Source: an uncultured archaeon (GTDB taxonomy: Archaea; Nanobdellota; Nanobdellia; Pacearchaeales; GW2011-AR1). Taken from it: 64,000 nt of DNA. The notes under the pieces were generated by a model. The model had not been told where the DNA came from. It saw nothing but the letters and a program-made list of their open reading frames with translations, and made no database searches. The translations under genes were made by a program, and so were the position numbers. Of the stretch, positions 1 through 10,592 are shown piece after piece; positions within the stretch are counted from its first letter, which is position 1; every line of letters starts with the position of its first letter. The DNA lies in NCBI GenBank assembly GCA_903828655.1, contig CAIKMX010000037.1, positions 17,173-81,172 of the forward strand, in the 5' to 3' direction.

Positions 1-229
1 AGGTAATTCTGTGAGACGGCTGTGTTACGGAGATGCTAACGGTGACGGTGCAGTTGATTTGCAGGACTTCGGAGCATTGAAGGATAACTTTGGGGTTTAT
101 GGTGGGGCAACTTGGGCGATGGGGGACTTTGTTAGTGACGGTAATGTTGATTTGCAAGACTTTGGAAAACTGAAGGATAATTTTGGAAAGACTCCTGAAA
201 GTGGATGTGAGATGACTACTGTAGGTTGA
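1..229 (+). CDS. C-terminal fragment of secreted protein with two dockerin-like Ca-binding repeats (gene begins upstream of window)
   Basis: Frame is open from base 2. It contains GDANGDGAVDLQDFGALKDNFG and SDGNVDLQDFGKLKDNFG, the two-repeat DxNxDGxVDxxD architecture of type-I dockerins. The DNA is nearly identical to 4330-4500. Confidence 0.6.
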   Translation, partial: GNSVRRLCYGDANGDGAVDLQDFGALKDNFGVYGGATWAMGDFVSDGNVDLQDFGKLKDNFGKTPESGCEMTTVG

Positions 230-319
230 GTTGATTTTGATTCATAAATAAAAAATAGTGTTATTATATAATAGTAACAATTACAAAAGATTTAAATATC
301 ATGTCGTTTTGGTCTTTTC

Positions 320-1480
320 ATGAGAATTTCAAGGTATATAGCGGGATTGCTTGTTTCAGCAGCTTCTATGGTAGGTTTTGCTGGAACAAATTCTCCAGAT
401 GAGAAACCAGCTACACGAACGGCGGCTTCTAAGCCCGCAGAATCTAAATTAATAAACGTCATTGATTCATGTTATTCTTCTAGGATAATCGCCGATGGAG
501 TAACTGATTTAGGGGATATCGCGATTGGTCATGATAATAGGGTTTATTATGTATCGGGGAATCTTGAAAAGGCTGCTGTTTATGAACTCGAAAATGGGAA
601 ACAGAAACAAGTTTTTAAGATAACTGCTCCGACTGAGAAGAGTACTGGAATTTTATGGACACGTTCGAGAATTGGCGTTAGTTCTGGAAAAAAAGGAAGA
701 GAACTTACAGTCTTGCAAATAGGTAGAGATACCTTAGATGAAGATAAAGAAAAGTGGACTTATTTTCATGGGGACAGAATAAATTTAGATAGTGGGGAGA
801 CAACAAGAGGGAAAGAATTTGGGATAAGAAAGGAGATGGAGGGTTTTAAGACGACGGATGTTAATCCCGAAAATGGTGATTTTTATTTCAGCGCCGCTTC
901 AAGTATATTTAGGCTAAAGCCTGCTACTCTTGATTTGGAATCTTTGAGATATGTAGAGCCTCCAGAAGGGATAGTTGCGGGACCTTTTTTTGGATTCTGT
1001 TTTGGAGCGAATAATCGTTCTTATGAAATATGGAATAGATGTGCAGTGGGGGCTTTGGGAAATGGCGAGACCAAAAAAATGGAGTTTAAACCGTCCATAA
1101 CTGATTCATTTAAGGTTTCTGATGATGATCCTATTCGCTATTTTTTTAGTTTGGATAATGCAAGAGTTGATACTTCTGGAGATAAACTAATTGCTGTAGG
1201 TTATATGAGCTATACTGGAGGCAAAAACATTGGTGGTGCAGGAAGGGAAAGATGGGGAACTTATGTTCTGGGAATTGATTTGAAAACAGGGAGTGTTTCT
1301 AAAATTGCTCGCTCTGGCGGAGGAGCAGATTTTCTAGCTGGAGATAAATCTTACAAGCCAGAGTTTGATTATCATATTCGGTCTTCTGCTGTTGGGAGTG
1401 ACGGAAAGATATATCTTGGTATGAGCACAGGCGGTTTTTCAAAAAGAGAGGGAAAGATTGTTTGTCTTGAGAAGAAGTGA
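320..1480 (+). CDS. secreted hypothetical protein (N-terminal signal peptide, possibly a beta-propeller)
   Basis: 386-aa ORF with a hydrophobic N-terminus (IAGLLVSAASMVGFAG) and repeated YxxG / GSDGKIY motifs. No recognisable catalytic motif. Confidence 0.5.
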   Translation: MRISRYIAGLLVSAASMVGFAGTNSPDEKPATRTAASKPAESKLINVIDSCYSSRIIADGVTDLGDIAIGHDNRVYYVSGNLEKAAVYELENGKQKQVFKITAPTEKSTGILWTRSRIGVSSGKKGRELTVLQIGRDTLDEDKEKWTYFHGDRINLDSGETTRGKEFGIRKEMEGFKTTDVNPENGDFYFSAASSIFRLKPATLDLESLRYVEPPEGIVAGPFFGFCFGANNRSYEIWNRCAVGALGNGETKKMEFKPSITDSFKVSDDDPIRYFFSLDNARVDTSGDKLIAVGYMSYTGGKNIGGAGRERWGTYVLGIDLKTGSVSKIARSGGGADFLAGDKSYKPEFDYHIRSSAVGSDGKIYLGMSTGGFSKREGKIVCLEKK

Positions 1481-3750
1481 TTTTATTTGACACTTTTAAA
1501 AAAAAGATTTATAAACTTCGATTCTTTGTGTTTGTTATGAAAAAGGGCGTGGTGTTTAGAATTTTCTTTGTAGTATTATTTTTATTTTCGTTTATAGGCT
1601 TTGTAGTATTTTGTGATGTTCCTTTTGTGAAGGCGGCGGGGGAGCCGGTTTATAATTCTATCGAGAGTTGTCGGGACTTGGGAGTTAATGATGGTGGTTC
1701 TTCCGAGCAGACACGAAAGTACTATTCTATTAGCAAGGAGATTGTCATGAATCGACCAGACTGCTTGGTTATTTCAGGGTCTTATATTACTATTAAGTTT
1801 CTTCGTGGTGGGAAGATTACTGGAATTACTGGAAATAGACACGTAGCCATACTAATCAGTAGAACAAATAATGCCCCGGTTCCAGAGGTGGTGATTGAAG
1901 GAGATGGTTCTGACGATGTAAATATCCAGAATACAGATATGGGAATCTCTGTCCAGCCTAGCTATCTTGCTCCCGTTAAGATATCCGGGGTTAACATAGT
2001 GGGTTGTGGCGTTGGGATTGAGGTGGCAGGTACCACCATGAATTATTATGATGGGGACACTATAACCCTTGAAAAAAACAAGATTAGTGGATTTACAACT
2101 AGTGGAAGTGGTACTGCTAAAGGCATTTCTATTACTGCGGCTTGTAATCTTCAGATTGAAGGGAATGCTATTGATAGTTCTGAGGGATATGGAATTTATA
2201 TTGAAGATTTGAGTAGTGATAGATTGAATACTAAACTTTTCACGAGAAACGTTATTAAAAATCAGATTAAGAATGTTCGGGTAGGAGTTTATCTTAAGAA
2301 TGCAGTTGATGTTAATGTTGGAGCGGAGGGGGCGAAGAATATTATTACCTCTACGAAGGATTGGGGAGTAAGTATGGCAGGACAGTGTAAACGAAATAAA
2401 ATTCTTTCAAATATAATTACTAATGAGAATTTTGAGGAAAAACAACTTGGTGGAGGGATAGATACTGCTGGAGAGGACAATTCTATAAAGAGTAATGAGA
2501 TTACACTCAAAACTTCAGGAAGTGCAGCTAGATATTCTTATGGTATGACCGTCTATGGAAAGAATAATGTCTTCTTTGATAATAAATTAGTGTTTAATCC
2601 TGAAGAGGATAAAGTATCTGTCTGGGCGGTGATATTTCGAACTTCAGAGAGTACAAAATTTTATCATAATAAGATTGTTGGGGCTTACCGGGGTGTAGGG
2701 GTTGGTGTTGTTGAGACTAGTCGTGATAGACAGGATAAGCTGACGGGAGTTACTGTGATAAGGGATAATTATCTAAAAACTATATCAAAGTATGACCTTG
2801 GGATAGAAGAGTATATCTATAGGAGTCAGGGTCGTGACGCTAATCTTTTATTGAATCCTGCAGAGCGTTTTGGAGCGGTTACGGAGAAAAATCCGGAGCA
2901 TAATAGTGTTCTTGGAAGCGTGTTTTCTTCAGGAAACTATTATGGAGGATTAAATGGTTATTCAGAATCTGATGGTTGCAATAGTGATGCTAAATACGGT
3001 TTTTGTGGAAGTCCTTGTTTGCTTAGTACTGATTCTAACAGGGATGAAATTTATCCTTTAGGAGCTTGTTCAAAGTCTAATGAAAATGTTTGCAATAAGG
3101 GTCTTAATACTCTTAAAAATGATAAGGGTTATTGTGACTATTTTCCATTGGCCAAGGAAAAGGTAGTTGCAGATTGTAGAGTTCTTTTTCCTAGTTGTGC
3201 TATTAATGATAATGAGGGATTTAAGATTAATATTCCTGCTAGTAGCATTCCAGATAGTTACTCTGGAATAGATTTGAGTTCGTTTAAAGATGTGATTAGT
3301 GCGTGCAATCTTTATGAGGGGGGATGCGTTCTTCAGGCTCCTAGTGATAATAGCTGTCCTGATTTTGCATGGGCTTTTGCTGATGAGTCAGAAAATCCTG
3401 TTGGAGCGATTAGTACAGACATACCTCCTGTTGGATCTTCCGAAGTGCCTGTGCGTTTAACTGTTTTAACTAATGAAATTTCGGGGTATATTTTGGATGT
3501 TGAGTTTACTGCGACTGATTGTTCTGGTGGAACGGGTGAAATGAGTGTTTGGTTACATGATGTGATCAATGGCCGTCTTACAAAGGTGGATTTGCTCGGA
3601 AATCCTGTTGTTGCGTACGGTCCTGGCATGGAAATTGATGCGACTCCTCTGCAAGTAATTGCAAGTGCCGCGTCGGGAGATGCTGGGGGTCCAGGATTCT
3701 CAGATCCTACGAGTCTACTAAATATTCAATCATTTCCTCCTACTGTTTAA
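1477..3750 (+). CDS. secreted right-handed parallel beta-helix repeat protein with a Cys-rich C-terminal region
   Basis: 757-aa ORF. The likely true start is ATG 1537 (MKKGVVFRIFFVVLF signal). Repeated GxxIxGxxxGIxI beta-helix-like segments (NIVGCGVGIEVAG, GNAIDSSEGYGIYIED) are followed by a C-terminal third with many Cys. Confidence 0.55.
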   Translation: MILFDTFKKKIYKLRFFVFVMKKGVVFRIFFVVLFLFSFIGFVVFCDVPFVKAAGEPVYNSIESCRDLGVNDGGSSEQTRKYYSISKEIVMNRPDCLVISGSYITIKFLRGGKITGITGNRHVAILISRTNNAPVPEVVIEGDGSDDVNIQNTDMGISVQPSYLAPVKISGVNIVGCGVGIEVAGTTMNYYDGDTITLEKNKISGFTTSGSGTAKGISITAACNLQIEGNAIDSSEGYGIYIEDLSSDRLNTKLFTRNVIKNQIKNVRVGVYLKNAVDVNVGAEGAKNIITSTKDWGVSMAGQCKRNKILSNIITNENFEEKQLGGGIDTAGEDNSIKSNEITLKTSGSAARYSYGMTVYGKNNVFFDNKLVFNPEEDKVSVWAVIFRTSESTKFYHNKIVGAYRGVGVGVVETSRDRQDKLTGVTVIRDNYLKTISKYDLGIEEYIYRSQGRDANLLLNPAERFGAVTEKNPEHNSVLGSVFSSGNYYGGLNGYSESDGCNSDAKYGFCGSPCLLSTDSNRDEIYPLGACSKSNENVCNKGLNTLKNDKGYCDYFPLAKEKVVADCRVLFPSCAINDNEGFKINIPASSIPDSYSGIDLSSFKDVISACNLYEGGCVLQAPSDNSCPDFAWAFADESENPVGAISTDIPPVGSSEVPVRLTVLTNEISGYILDVEFTATDCSGGTGEMSVWLHDVINGRLTKVDLLGNPVVAYGPGMEIDATPLQVIASAASGDAGGPGFSDPTSLLNIQSFPPTV

Positions 3751-3754
3751 TAAA

Positions 3755-4534
3755 ATGGAAATTAAGAATAATAAAATTGCAAGGGAAAAGAAGGGCATGA
3801 GTTACTTATGGGTAGCTTTGACTTGTGTGATTGTTTTGGCTGTCGTTGCTTTCTTTGTGTTCAATAGGGGAGCGATTAGTGGAAAGGCTGTTGGGCAAGG
3901 TATTATTGGGAGTCATATTTCTGTCGAGAGGGAGATTACCTATCTCTATGATGACGAGGACAATATAGGCAAGAAAATTTTTGCTGTTGATTTGCATGTT
4001 GTTGTTGATCAGCCCGGAATTGCTGTTGCTGCAGGAGATATTCTTTCTGAAGTAGATAACGTTGTTTATTGGACTGACCCTTCAGAGGCTGTTGATTCTA
4101 ACGGACAAGCTTATGATCTTGCCATGTATGATAAAGTAAATCATAAGGTAGTGTATAAGGATGAAAGTGGGCCTATTAGTACGACTTTCTCTTATCTTGT
4201 TTCTGCTAACGAAGGAGATAGTACTTTCGGAGATTTTTATTTTATTGATAATGATATGACTATGACTTCGGAGTCAATAACTGGAGATACCATATTTACT
4301 GATAATGCTGCTCCGGTTCATCGTCTGCGAGGGGATGCGAATGATGATGGAGTTGTTGATTTACAAGACTTCGGAGCATTGAAGGATAATTTTGGGGTTT
4401 ATGGTGGGGCAACTTGGGCGATGGGAGATTTTACCGGCGATGGTAATGTTGATTTACAAGACTTCGGAGCATTGAAGGATTGCTTTGCTGCTATTCTTAA
4501 TGATCCAGATCGTCCAGCGTGTATAATTGTCTAA
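3755..4534 (+). CDS. membrane-anchored protein with C-terminal tandem dockerin-like repeats
   Basis: Probable start at 3797 (MSYLWVALTCVIVLAVVAFFVF TM helix). The C-terminus has GDANDDGVVDLQDFGALKDNFG and GDGNVDLQDFGALKDCF. The DNA is about 90% identical to the window start (1-229). Confidence 0.6.
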   Translation: MEIKNNKIAREKKGMSYLWVALTCVIVLAVVAFFVFNRGAISGKAVGQGIIGSHISVEREITYLYDDEDNIGKKIFAVDLHVVVDQPGIAVAAGDILSEVDNVVYWTDPSEAVDSNGQAYDLAMYDKVNHKVVYKDESGPISTTFSYLVSANEGDSTFGDFYFIDNDMTMTSESITGDTIFTDNAAPVHRLRGDANDDGVVDLQDFGALKDNFGVYGGATWAMGDFTGDGNVDLQDFGALKDCFAAILNDPDRPACIIV

Positions 4535-4654
4535 TTGCAGAAATGAATATCTTAGATGGGGGTAATGTACTAAATTTTAATTGACTTGTTGATTTTGTCT
4601 TTTCTATTTTTATTTCTTCATTATGCATTATCTTTTTTTCTACTTCCCTGTTAC

Positions 4655-4806
4655 AATATACATTTAAAACCCTCTTCTTTCTTTAGAAAAGAAAGAATTG
4701 GTGGTTCAAGACACTCTTTTCTTTTTAGAAAAAAGAAAATTGGTGTTTCAAAAGAAAAACTAAGGTAGGGATATAAAAAACTAAGAAAGAAACTAAGATA
4801 GATAAC
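4655..4806 (+). repeat. R2 dispersed intergenic repeat, copy A (variant/permuted)
   Basis: Shares ctcttctttctttagaaaagaaagaattggtg(g)ttcaag ... aattggtgtttcaaaagaaaaactaag(a/g)tag with 21893-22032 and 38752-38852. Contains the perfect hairpin ctttcttt-agaa-aagaaag. Ends at the ATG of the next gene. Confidence 0.7.
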
Positions 4807-6219
4807 ATGGAAAATATATTAGAAATTGATAAAGGTGAAGAAAGAAGTGCTGTTGATGAGGAAAAACTTAAAGAAAAAACAAGAAGATTAAGTGTGAAAG
4901 AGGCGGGGATATATTCTGTAAGCGATGGATTTGGGTTTAGGAACGTTTCTCCGTATGCTTTGGCACTTGGGGCGGGAAATACTGCCATCGGACTTTTAAG
5001 TTCACTACCCTCGCTTATAGGCAACTTTTCACAGCTATTTACGGCAAGATTAATGAGAAAATATTCAAGGAAACAGATTGTTGTTGTTTCAGTATTTTTA
5101 CAGGCTTTTATGTGGTTGGCTTTGCTTGTTCCTGGATTGTTTTATTTCATTTTTCATTTTAGCTCGGGTGTTAGTTCTTCTTCGCTTGTAGTTATTTATA
5201 CTCTTCTTGTTTTGTTTGGAGCTATTGCAGGACCGGCTTGGCAGTCTTGGATGAAAGACATTACACCTAAAAAAAGCGGGCATTTTTTTGGAGTAAGAAA
5301 TAAGGTTGCTGGAACTGTCTCTCTGATATCTATGATCCTGGCGGGTTTTATTTTGGATTATTTTAAACAAACTAAAATATTCATTGCGTTTGTTATTTTA
5401 TTTTCATTTTCTTTTGTTGCAAGAAGTATTTCGGGATATTTTTTTAGTATAGAATATGATCCTTCTTTTAAGTATCAACCAGAGTCTCATTTTAGTTTTT
5501 TTCAGTTTTTGAAGAAAATGGCAGGTAACAATTTTGGAAAATTTACAATATTTCTTTCTTTGATTTCTTTTGGTACAGCAATTGCATCTCCGTTTTTTGT
5601 AGTGTATATGATTAAAGAAAGGGGGATGAGTTATTCTGCTTATTTTGCGGTTACCGTTGGAAACGCTCTTGTTACTCTTTTAGTTATGCCTTTGTGGGGA
5701 AAGTTTACAGATAGATATGGAAATGTTAAAACTATGAAGATTATGGGATTTTTTATATGCTTTACCCCGATAACTTGGGTGTTCTCCGTGTTTTTTAGTG
5801 GATGGCATCTTTTAGTTTATCTTATATTTATTGAGTGCATTGCAGGATTTGTATGGGCAGGATTTAATCTTGCTTCTGGGAATTTTATTTATGATGCGGT
5901 AACTAGACAAAGAATGGCTATATGTTCCTCTTACTTGAATATCTTGGCGGGAATTGGAGTATTTTTGGGCGCTACTCTTGGAGGGATTATAGCTTCATTT
6001 GATTTTCACTTTTTGTCTTATGCAATGTTGTCTGTGTTTTTAGTATCTGGTTTAATACGTTTGGTGATTTATTTTATTTTTGCAAGTAGAATAAAAGAAG
6101 TTCGAGATGTAGATCCTTTTGATACTAAAAAACATGTTGTGGACAAGTTAAATGTGCTTAATCCAGTGAAAATTGTTGAGTACTTTGGAAGCGGGACTGA
6201 TGGGGAGAATGTGAATTAG
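4807..6219 (+). CDS. MFS-type membrane transporter
   Basis: 470 aa with about 12 predicted hydrophobic helices and an overall MFS-like topology with a cytoplasmic N-terminal extension. Confidence 0.55.
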   Translation: MENILEIDKGEERSAVDEEKLKEKTRRLSVKEAGIYSVSDGFGFRNVSPYALALGAGNTAIGLLSSLPSLIGNFSQLFTARLMRKYSRKQIVVVSVFLQAFMWLALLVPGLFYFIFHFSSGVSSSSLVVIYTLLVLFGAIAGPAWQSWMKDITPKKSGHFFGVRNKVAGTVSLISMILAGFILDYFKQTKIFIAFVILFSFSFVARSISGYFFSIEYDPSFKYQPESHFSFFQFLKKMAGNNFGKFTIFLSLISFGTAIASPFFVVYMIKERGMSYSAYFAVTVGNALVTLLVMPLWGKFTDRYGNVKTMKIMGFFICFTPITWVFSVFFSGWHLLVYLIFIECIAGFVWAGFNLASGNFIYDAVTRQRMAICSSYLNILAGIGVFLGATLGGIIASFDFHFLSYAMLSVFLVSGLIRLVIYFIFASRIKEVRDVDPFDTKKHVVDKLNVLNPVKIVEYFGSGTDGENVN

Positions 6220-6287
6220 AAAGTTTGGTATCTCTTGTGGAGGAATCGCATTGGCAACTTTTTTTAGACTTGGCTAATTTTATTTTA

Positions 6288-7607
6288 TTAATTAAAGTCC
6301 TCAAAACCTAACTTATCATTGAATTCGTGTGAGATGTTTTCGAGAAGTTTTTCTTTGATTTTTTCTTTGTCTTTTGCCCATGTTGAATGTCCGAGTATCC
6401 ATGATAATTTGATGAAGGCTGTTTCTGATGTCATGTCTTTTAATGGGATGATGCCTGTATCTAAAAGTTCTCTGCCTGCTGAATAAACATTAAGATTTAA
6501 TTCACCATAGATTGTTTGCGCGGTTCCAACGATTGTTATTCCTTTTTGAATTGTTTTCTTTATTGTTGGAAGCCAGTTTTCTTTTGATTCTTTGCTTGGG
6601 ACGTGGCCTAATCCTGTTAATTCTAGAACGATTCCTTTGTAGCCTTCTTTTGCGTAAAAGTCTAAGATGTTTGGATTTTGTCCGGGATAGATTTGAACAA
6701 TTGCAACTTTTTCGTTGTATTTTGCGTCTAATTTGACGTTTACTTCTTTATTTCTTGCATTGAAATCTTTTAGGATTGTTAATTTATCTTTTGTTATCTC
6801 TGCTATCGGTGTGTCGTTTATGACCTTGAATGTGTCTCTCCTTGAAGAATGCATCTTTCTGGTTTTTGTTCCGGGCATTGCCAAGCATGCAGTGTCGTTA
6901 AGATCTTTATGTCCTACTATTGCGACTTCTGCAATATCTGAAACTGCGTAACGGGCTGCACAAATTAAATTTAATGCTGCATCTGTGCTACCTCTGTCAA
7001 TTGAACGTTGCGAGTACGTTAGCGCTATAGGTTTGTTTAGATCTCGTAAATAAAATGAGAGGGCTGCTGCCGTGTAATGTAAAAAGTCTGTTCCGTGTGT
7101 GATTATTATACCCTCTATTTGTTTTTCTTTGTCTTTTTCATTTAGAAGTTTTTCACAAACTTCTGCAATTTTTTTCCAGTCAAGGAAAGACATATTCTCG
7201 CTCCATTTCATAAATGGTTTTTCTATTTTTACTATGTTACAAATATCTTTTATTTCAGGAGCAATTTTAAGAATTTCTTCTGCGTCTGTGCTTATAACTC
7301 CGCCAGTTTTTGGGTCGAGACGTGAGGAGATTGTGCCTCCGGTGATGATTAGAGCGATATTTGGGAGTGTCTTTTTGTGTTCATGTTTAATTTGAGTTTT
7401 TTCTTTTTGTTTAGCTTTTTCTATAATCTTTGCATCAAGAATCTCATTTTCTCTTATTCCTATGTTGTATCCGGAAGTTAATTTTATTAGAATAACCTCT
7501 GGATCGTATGATTCTAGAATTGTGCATTGCCATTCTTTTTCACGTGTTTTAAGATGAACTTTATCTCCAACACCGAGTTCTTTGATTTTTAGGGCCATGT
7601 TTTTCAA
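6288..7607 (-). CDS. gatD: Glu-tRNA(Gln) amidotransferase subunit D (asparaginase-like)
   Basis: 439 aa. Asparaginase signature IALIITGGTISS and THGTDFLHYTAAAL. The length and the N-terminal extra domain are typical of archaeal GatD. Confidence 0.8.
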   Translation of the reverse strand: MKNMALKIKELGVGDKVHLKTREKEWQCTILESYDPEVILIKLTSGYNIGIRENEILDAKIIEKAKQKEKTQIKHEHKKTLPNIALIITGGTISSRLDPKTGGVISTDAEEILKIAPEIKDICNIVKIEKPFMKWSENMSFLDWKKIAEVCEKLLNEKDKEKQIEGIIITHGTDFLHYTAAALSFYLRDLNKPIALTYSQRSIDRGSTDAALNLICAARYAVSDIAEVAIVGHKDLNDTACLAMPGTKTRKMHSSRRDTFKVINDTPIAEITKDKLTILKDFNARNKEVNVKLDAKYNEKVAIVQIYPGQNPNILDFYAKEGYKGIVLELTGLGHVPSKESKENWLPTIKKTIQKGITIVGTAQTIYGELNLNVYSAGRELLDTGIIPLKDMTSETAFIKLSWILGHSTWAKDKEKIKEKLLENISHEFNDKLGFEDFN

Positions 7608-7718
7608 AGCTTAAAGAAGTATAAAAAGGTTATTGAATGAACAATAAGAGTCCTAATGTGAGCACGCTCTAGGAGTAAAATAAAAAGGTTTTTAAAGGGA
7701 TTATTTATAGGTAGTATA

Positions 7719-9038
7719 TTGGCCCTAGGGAAAGAGAGTTCTGATAAAATTAAGATGGCAAAAACATCATACAGAAGCGTTGGAGCAGATTCGGATAGAT
7801 ACTGGGTAGCGGAGTCTAAGACAAAATTACAAGGTGATTTGAGATCTGCTTATTTTAATTCAAAACAAAATCTTGGCGGAAATGCCGAATTGCTTAGAGA
7901 GGTAACGGAGGTTTTAGGAAATAGGGGATATAGTCATGTAAAGAGATTGAGGATTGCTGAAGAGCTAATGGGATCAAGTTATTTTTCTCTTTCTCAGGCT
8001 GAAAGAGAGTATCTTGTTGGAGTTCTTAGTATTTCTGGACATTATGTTTCTGAAAATAAAAGTTCTGGTAAAGAAATTAAGGATTCTGTATATGCAGGTC
8101 AAAAGGCAAGAAGTTTAGAGATGAAAGTAACCGTGGTTTCTAGAATGAGAAAGGTTGAAGAGGTTGAACCTGCAAGAGAAATTGAATCTGCAAAGCCTGT
8201 TGAAACATATAGACCTAATGTAAAAAAGTTGGGATTGTTTGGGAAGATTGCCGCCGCGGCTGCTATTATTGGTAGTGTTGCCGTAGGAGTTTTTTCATAT
8301 TTTGGAAGAGATTCTTCTTTGAGTAATGTTGGAAGTAGTTCTACTTCTAATGCTTCTCCTTCAACTCTTGTTGATGCTACCCCTCTTTCTAGAGGAAGCG
8401 CTTTAAATCTTTTTGATAATGAATATAAAACAAATAATCGATTAGAAGGACGTTTAGGTAATGGAAGCTCTGATGTTGGAGACAGACATGTTGCTTTTGG
8501 AGTTGATTATGCTGGTGCTTCTGAGCCTGAAGGAAATTCTAGGATAGAGGGCGCTAAATGTTCTGATCGTGTGCGTTTTTCTCAAAGCGTTGAGAGTAGG
8601 GCCAATGTTAGCTCTGAATCTGAAGGGTTTGCTGTTTCTGATTTAACCTCTCCTGCTTCTCCAGAATTGACTAGTTTACCTGTAACCGCTTCTGGCGATG
8701 ACTCTCTTAGTGTGGTTGGAAGAACTCTTACAATTTCTTTGGGGGATTTAGTTTCTTATCCAGAAAAGGCATTTCTCCCTCTTTGTGGAAAAGATGGAAC
8801 CCATATTACTATTGGCTCTAAATCAAAGAGACAGGTATTCTATAATGTTAGCAATGATAATTCTTTAGACGCTTCGGATAGAGTCTGGAGAAAATCATTT
8901 GGGGGAGGGTTAGATAGTTCTAACATTGAGAAAGTTGTTATCTACGATATGGTCAGTGGAAAGAGCAGAGAGTTTAGGGCTGAAGAATTTGCTAAAAAGT
9001 ATAGTCGTACTGATCCTTGCAAGATAACTTTGGATTGA
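7719..9038 (+). CDS. single-pass membrane protein with a Ser-rich extracellular region
   Basis: 439 aa with a central TM helix (LGLFGKIAAAAAIIGSVAVGVFSYFG) and a S/T-rich low-complexity segment. No catalytic motif. Confidence 0.45.
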   Translation: MALGKESSDKIKMAKTSYRSVGADSDRYWVAESKTKLQGDLRSAYFNSKQNLGGNAELLREVTEVLGNRGYSHVKRLRIAEELMGSSYFSLSQAEREYLVGVLSISGHYVSENKSSGKEIKDSVYAGQKARSLEMKVTVVSRMRKVEEVEPAREIESAKPVETYRPNVKKLGLFGKIAAAAAIIGSVAVGVFSYFGRDSSLSNVGSSSTSNASPSTLVDATPLSRGSALNLFDNEYKTNNRLEGRLGNGSSDVGDRHVAFGVDYAGASEPEGNSRIEGAKCSDRVRFSQSVESRANVSSESEGFAVSDLTSPASPELTSLPVTASGDDSLSVVGRTLTISLGDLVSYPEKAFLPLCGKDGTHITIGSKSKRQVFYNVSNDNSLDASDRVWRKSFGGGLDSSNIEKVVIYDMVSGKSREFRAEEFAKKYSRTDPCKITLD

Positions 9039-9092
9039 TATTTATTTTTGCCATAAATAACTTTTTATACCGGTGTTCTTTGTTTAGATTAT

Positions 9093-10556
9093 ATGGCTAA
9101 AGCAAAACAAATCCAGATTGGTTCCATTGAAAAAGAGAAAAAATCTTTAGGTGAGAGGGAGTATCCTATAAAGATTGGACTTGAGATACATGGATATTTA
9201 GATACTGAAGAGAAATTGTTTTGTATGTGCAGGGCTAAATGTCCTGAGAATATTGATTGGCGTGAGGAAAAAGACAATACAAGAATTTGTCCTATATGCA
9301 CTGGCACTCCGGGAAGTAAACCTATGCTTCCTAATAAAAAAGCTGTTGATAACTTGATTAAGATTGCTTTGGTTATGGGATGTAATGTCAATTGTGGAAA
9401 AGAATTGGTTTGGCAAAGAAAGCATTATGATTGGGCGGATTTGCCTAAAGGATATCAGAATACTATTTCTGGAGCACACGCAGTTCATCCGGCTTCTAAT
9501 GGAAAGTTTCATGGAATTAGAATAACTGAATGTCATCTTGAGGAAGATCCTGCACAATGGAATCCTGAAACTGGTAAGATAAATTATAATAGAAGCGGCT
9601 CGCCATTGATTGAAATTGTTACTGAACCTGATTTTTATGATTCTGAGATGGTTGTTGAGTGGCTTAAAAATTTAATTAATTCTTTAAGCTACATAAAAGC
9701 GATAAAGAAAAATGCAGGAATTAAAGTTGATGTTAATGTTTCTACTCATGGAGAGAGAGTTGAGATAAAGAATATTAATTCTATTGAAAAGATAAGAAAG
9801 GCTATAGAATATGAAATTGTTAGGCAACTTGAAAATCATGAAAAGGGAATTGTACAAAAGCGTGAAACGCTTGCTTTTGATGAAAGACTTGGAAAGACAA
9901 TTAAAATGAGAGATAAAGAGGGGCAGGCAGATTATCGATTTATTCCAGACCCCGATTTGCCAGTTATTGTTTTGAATGAGAAGGAAGTTAAGAAAGTTGA
10001 AAAGGAACTTCCAGAAATGCCTGAAGTTAAACTTGATAAACTTTCTAAGAAATATAAAATTGACTCGGACAATGCTGAAATTTTATCTAGGAATTTAGAG
10101 TTGGTTGAGTTTTTTGAGGAGCTTTCTAACGAGGGGGTAGATGTTAAGAAGAATCTTTCTTGGATTACTGTTGAATTGCTTCGTGTATTAAACTATAACA
10201 AAAAAACTCTTGAAGATGATGATGTTGACATAAAACCAAAACATCTTGCTGAGTTGATTAAGCTTGTTGTTAGTGGAAAGATAACTCCTCTTAAAGCAAA
10301 ACAGGTAATGAATGATTTTGTTCCAAAATCTTTTTCAATAAAAGAGAAGGGAGATGTCGTTAGTATCGCTAAAGATGCAATTGAAAATATCTGTAAGCAA
10401 GTTATTAATGATAATTTGCATGTTGTTGATGAGTTTAAGTCTGGAAAAGAACAGGCTTTAAATTGGTTAATTGGGCAGGTTATGAGGTTAAGTGAGAGAA
10501 GAGCCGATTATAAAACCGCGAAGGATTGCTTGATTAAGTTGTTGAAGTTAACATAA
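9093..10556 (+). CDS. gatB: GatB/GatE-family aminoacyl-tRNA amidotransferase catalytic subunit
   Basis: 487 aa. N-terminus IGLEIHGYLDTEEKLFCMC...ICPICTGTPGSKPMLPN is the Cys cluster and GTPG motif of the GatB/E family. C-terminal YqeY-like tail. The length fits GatB better than the roughly 620-aa GatE, so its partner relationship to gatD is uncertain. Confidence 0.7.
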   Translation: MAKAKQIQIGSIEKEKKSLGEREYPIKIGLEIHGYLDTEEKLFCMCRAKCPENIDWREEKDNTRICPICTGTPGSKPMLPNKKAVDNLIKIALVMGCNVNCGKELVWQRKHYDWADLPKGYQNTISGAHAVHPASNGKFHGIRITECHLEEDPAQWNPETGKINYNRSGSPLIEIVTEPDFYDSEMVVEWLKNLINSLSYIKAIKKNAGIKVDVNVSTHGERVEIKNINSIEKIRKAIEYEIVRQLENHEKGIVQKRETLAFDERLGKTIKMRDKEGQADYRFIPDPDLPVIVLNEKEVKKVEKELPEMPEVKLDKLSKKYKIDSDNAEILSRNLELVEFFEELSNEGVDVKKNLSWITVELLRVLNYNKKTLEDDDVDIKPKHLAELIKLVVSGKITPLKAKQVMNDFVPKSFSIKEKGDVVSIAKDAIENICKQVINDNLHVVDEFKSGKEQALNWLIGQVMRLSERRADYKTAKDCLIKLLKLT

Positions 10557-10592
10557 GTAACATGTGTGGAGGAATCGTTTTGTTAGGAGCAT

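Noticed and set aside
4586-4768. 60-aa ORF MLILSFLFLFLHYALSFF...
   Set aside because: It falls inside R2 repeat copy A, where the poly-pyrimidine/purine sequence generates a Phe/Leu/Lys-rich translation. No counterpart ORF exists in R2 copies B and C.
9089-9557. Minus-strand ORFs of 100 and 119 aa overlapping the start of the GatB/E gene
   Set aside because: They are antisense to a well-supported conserved gene and have no motifs.
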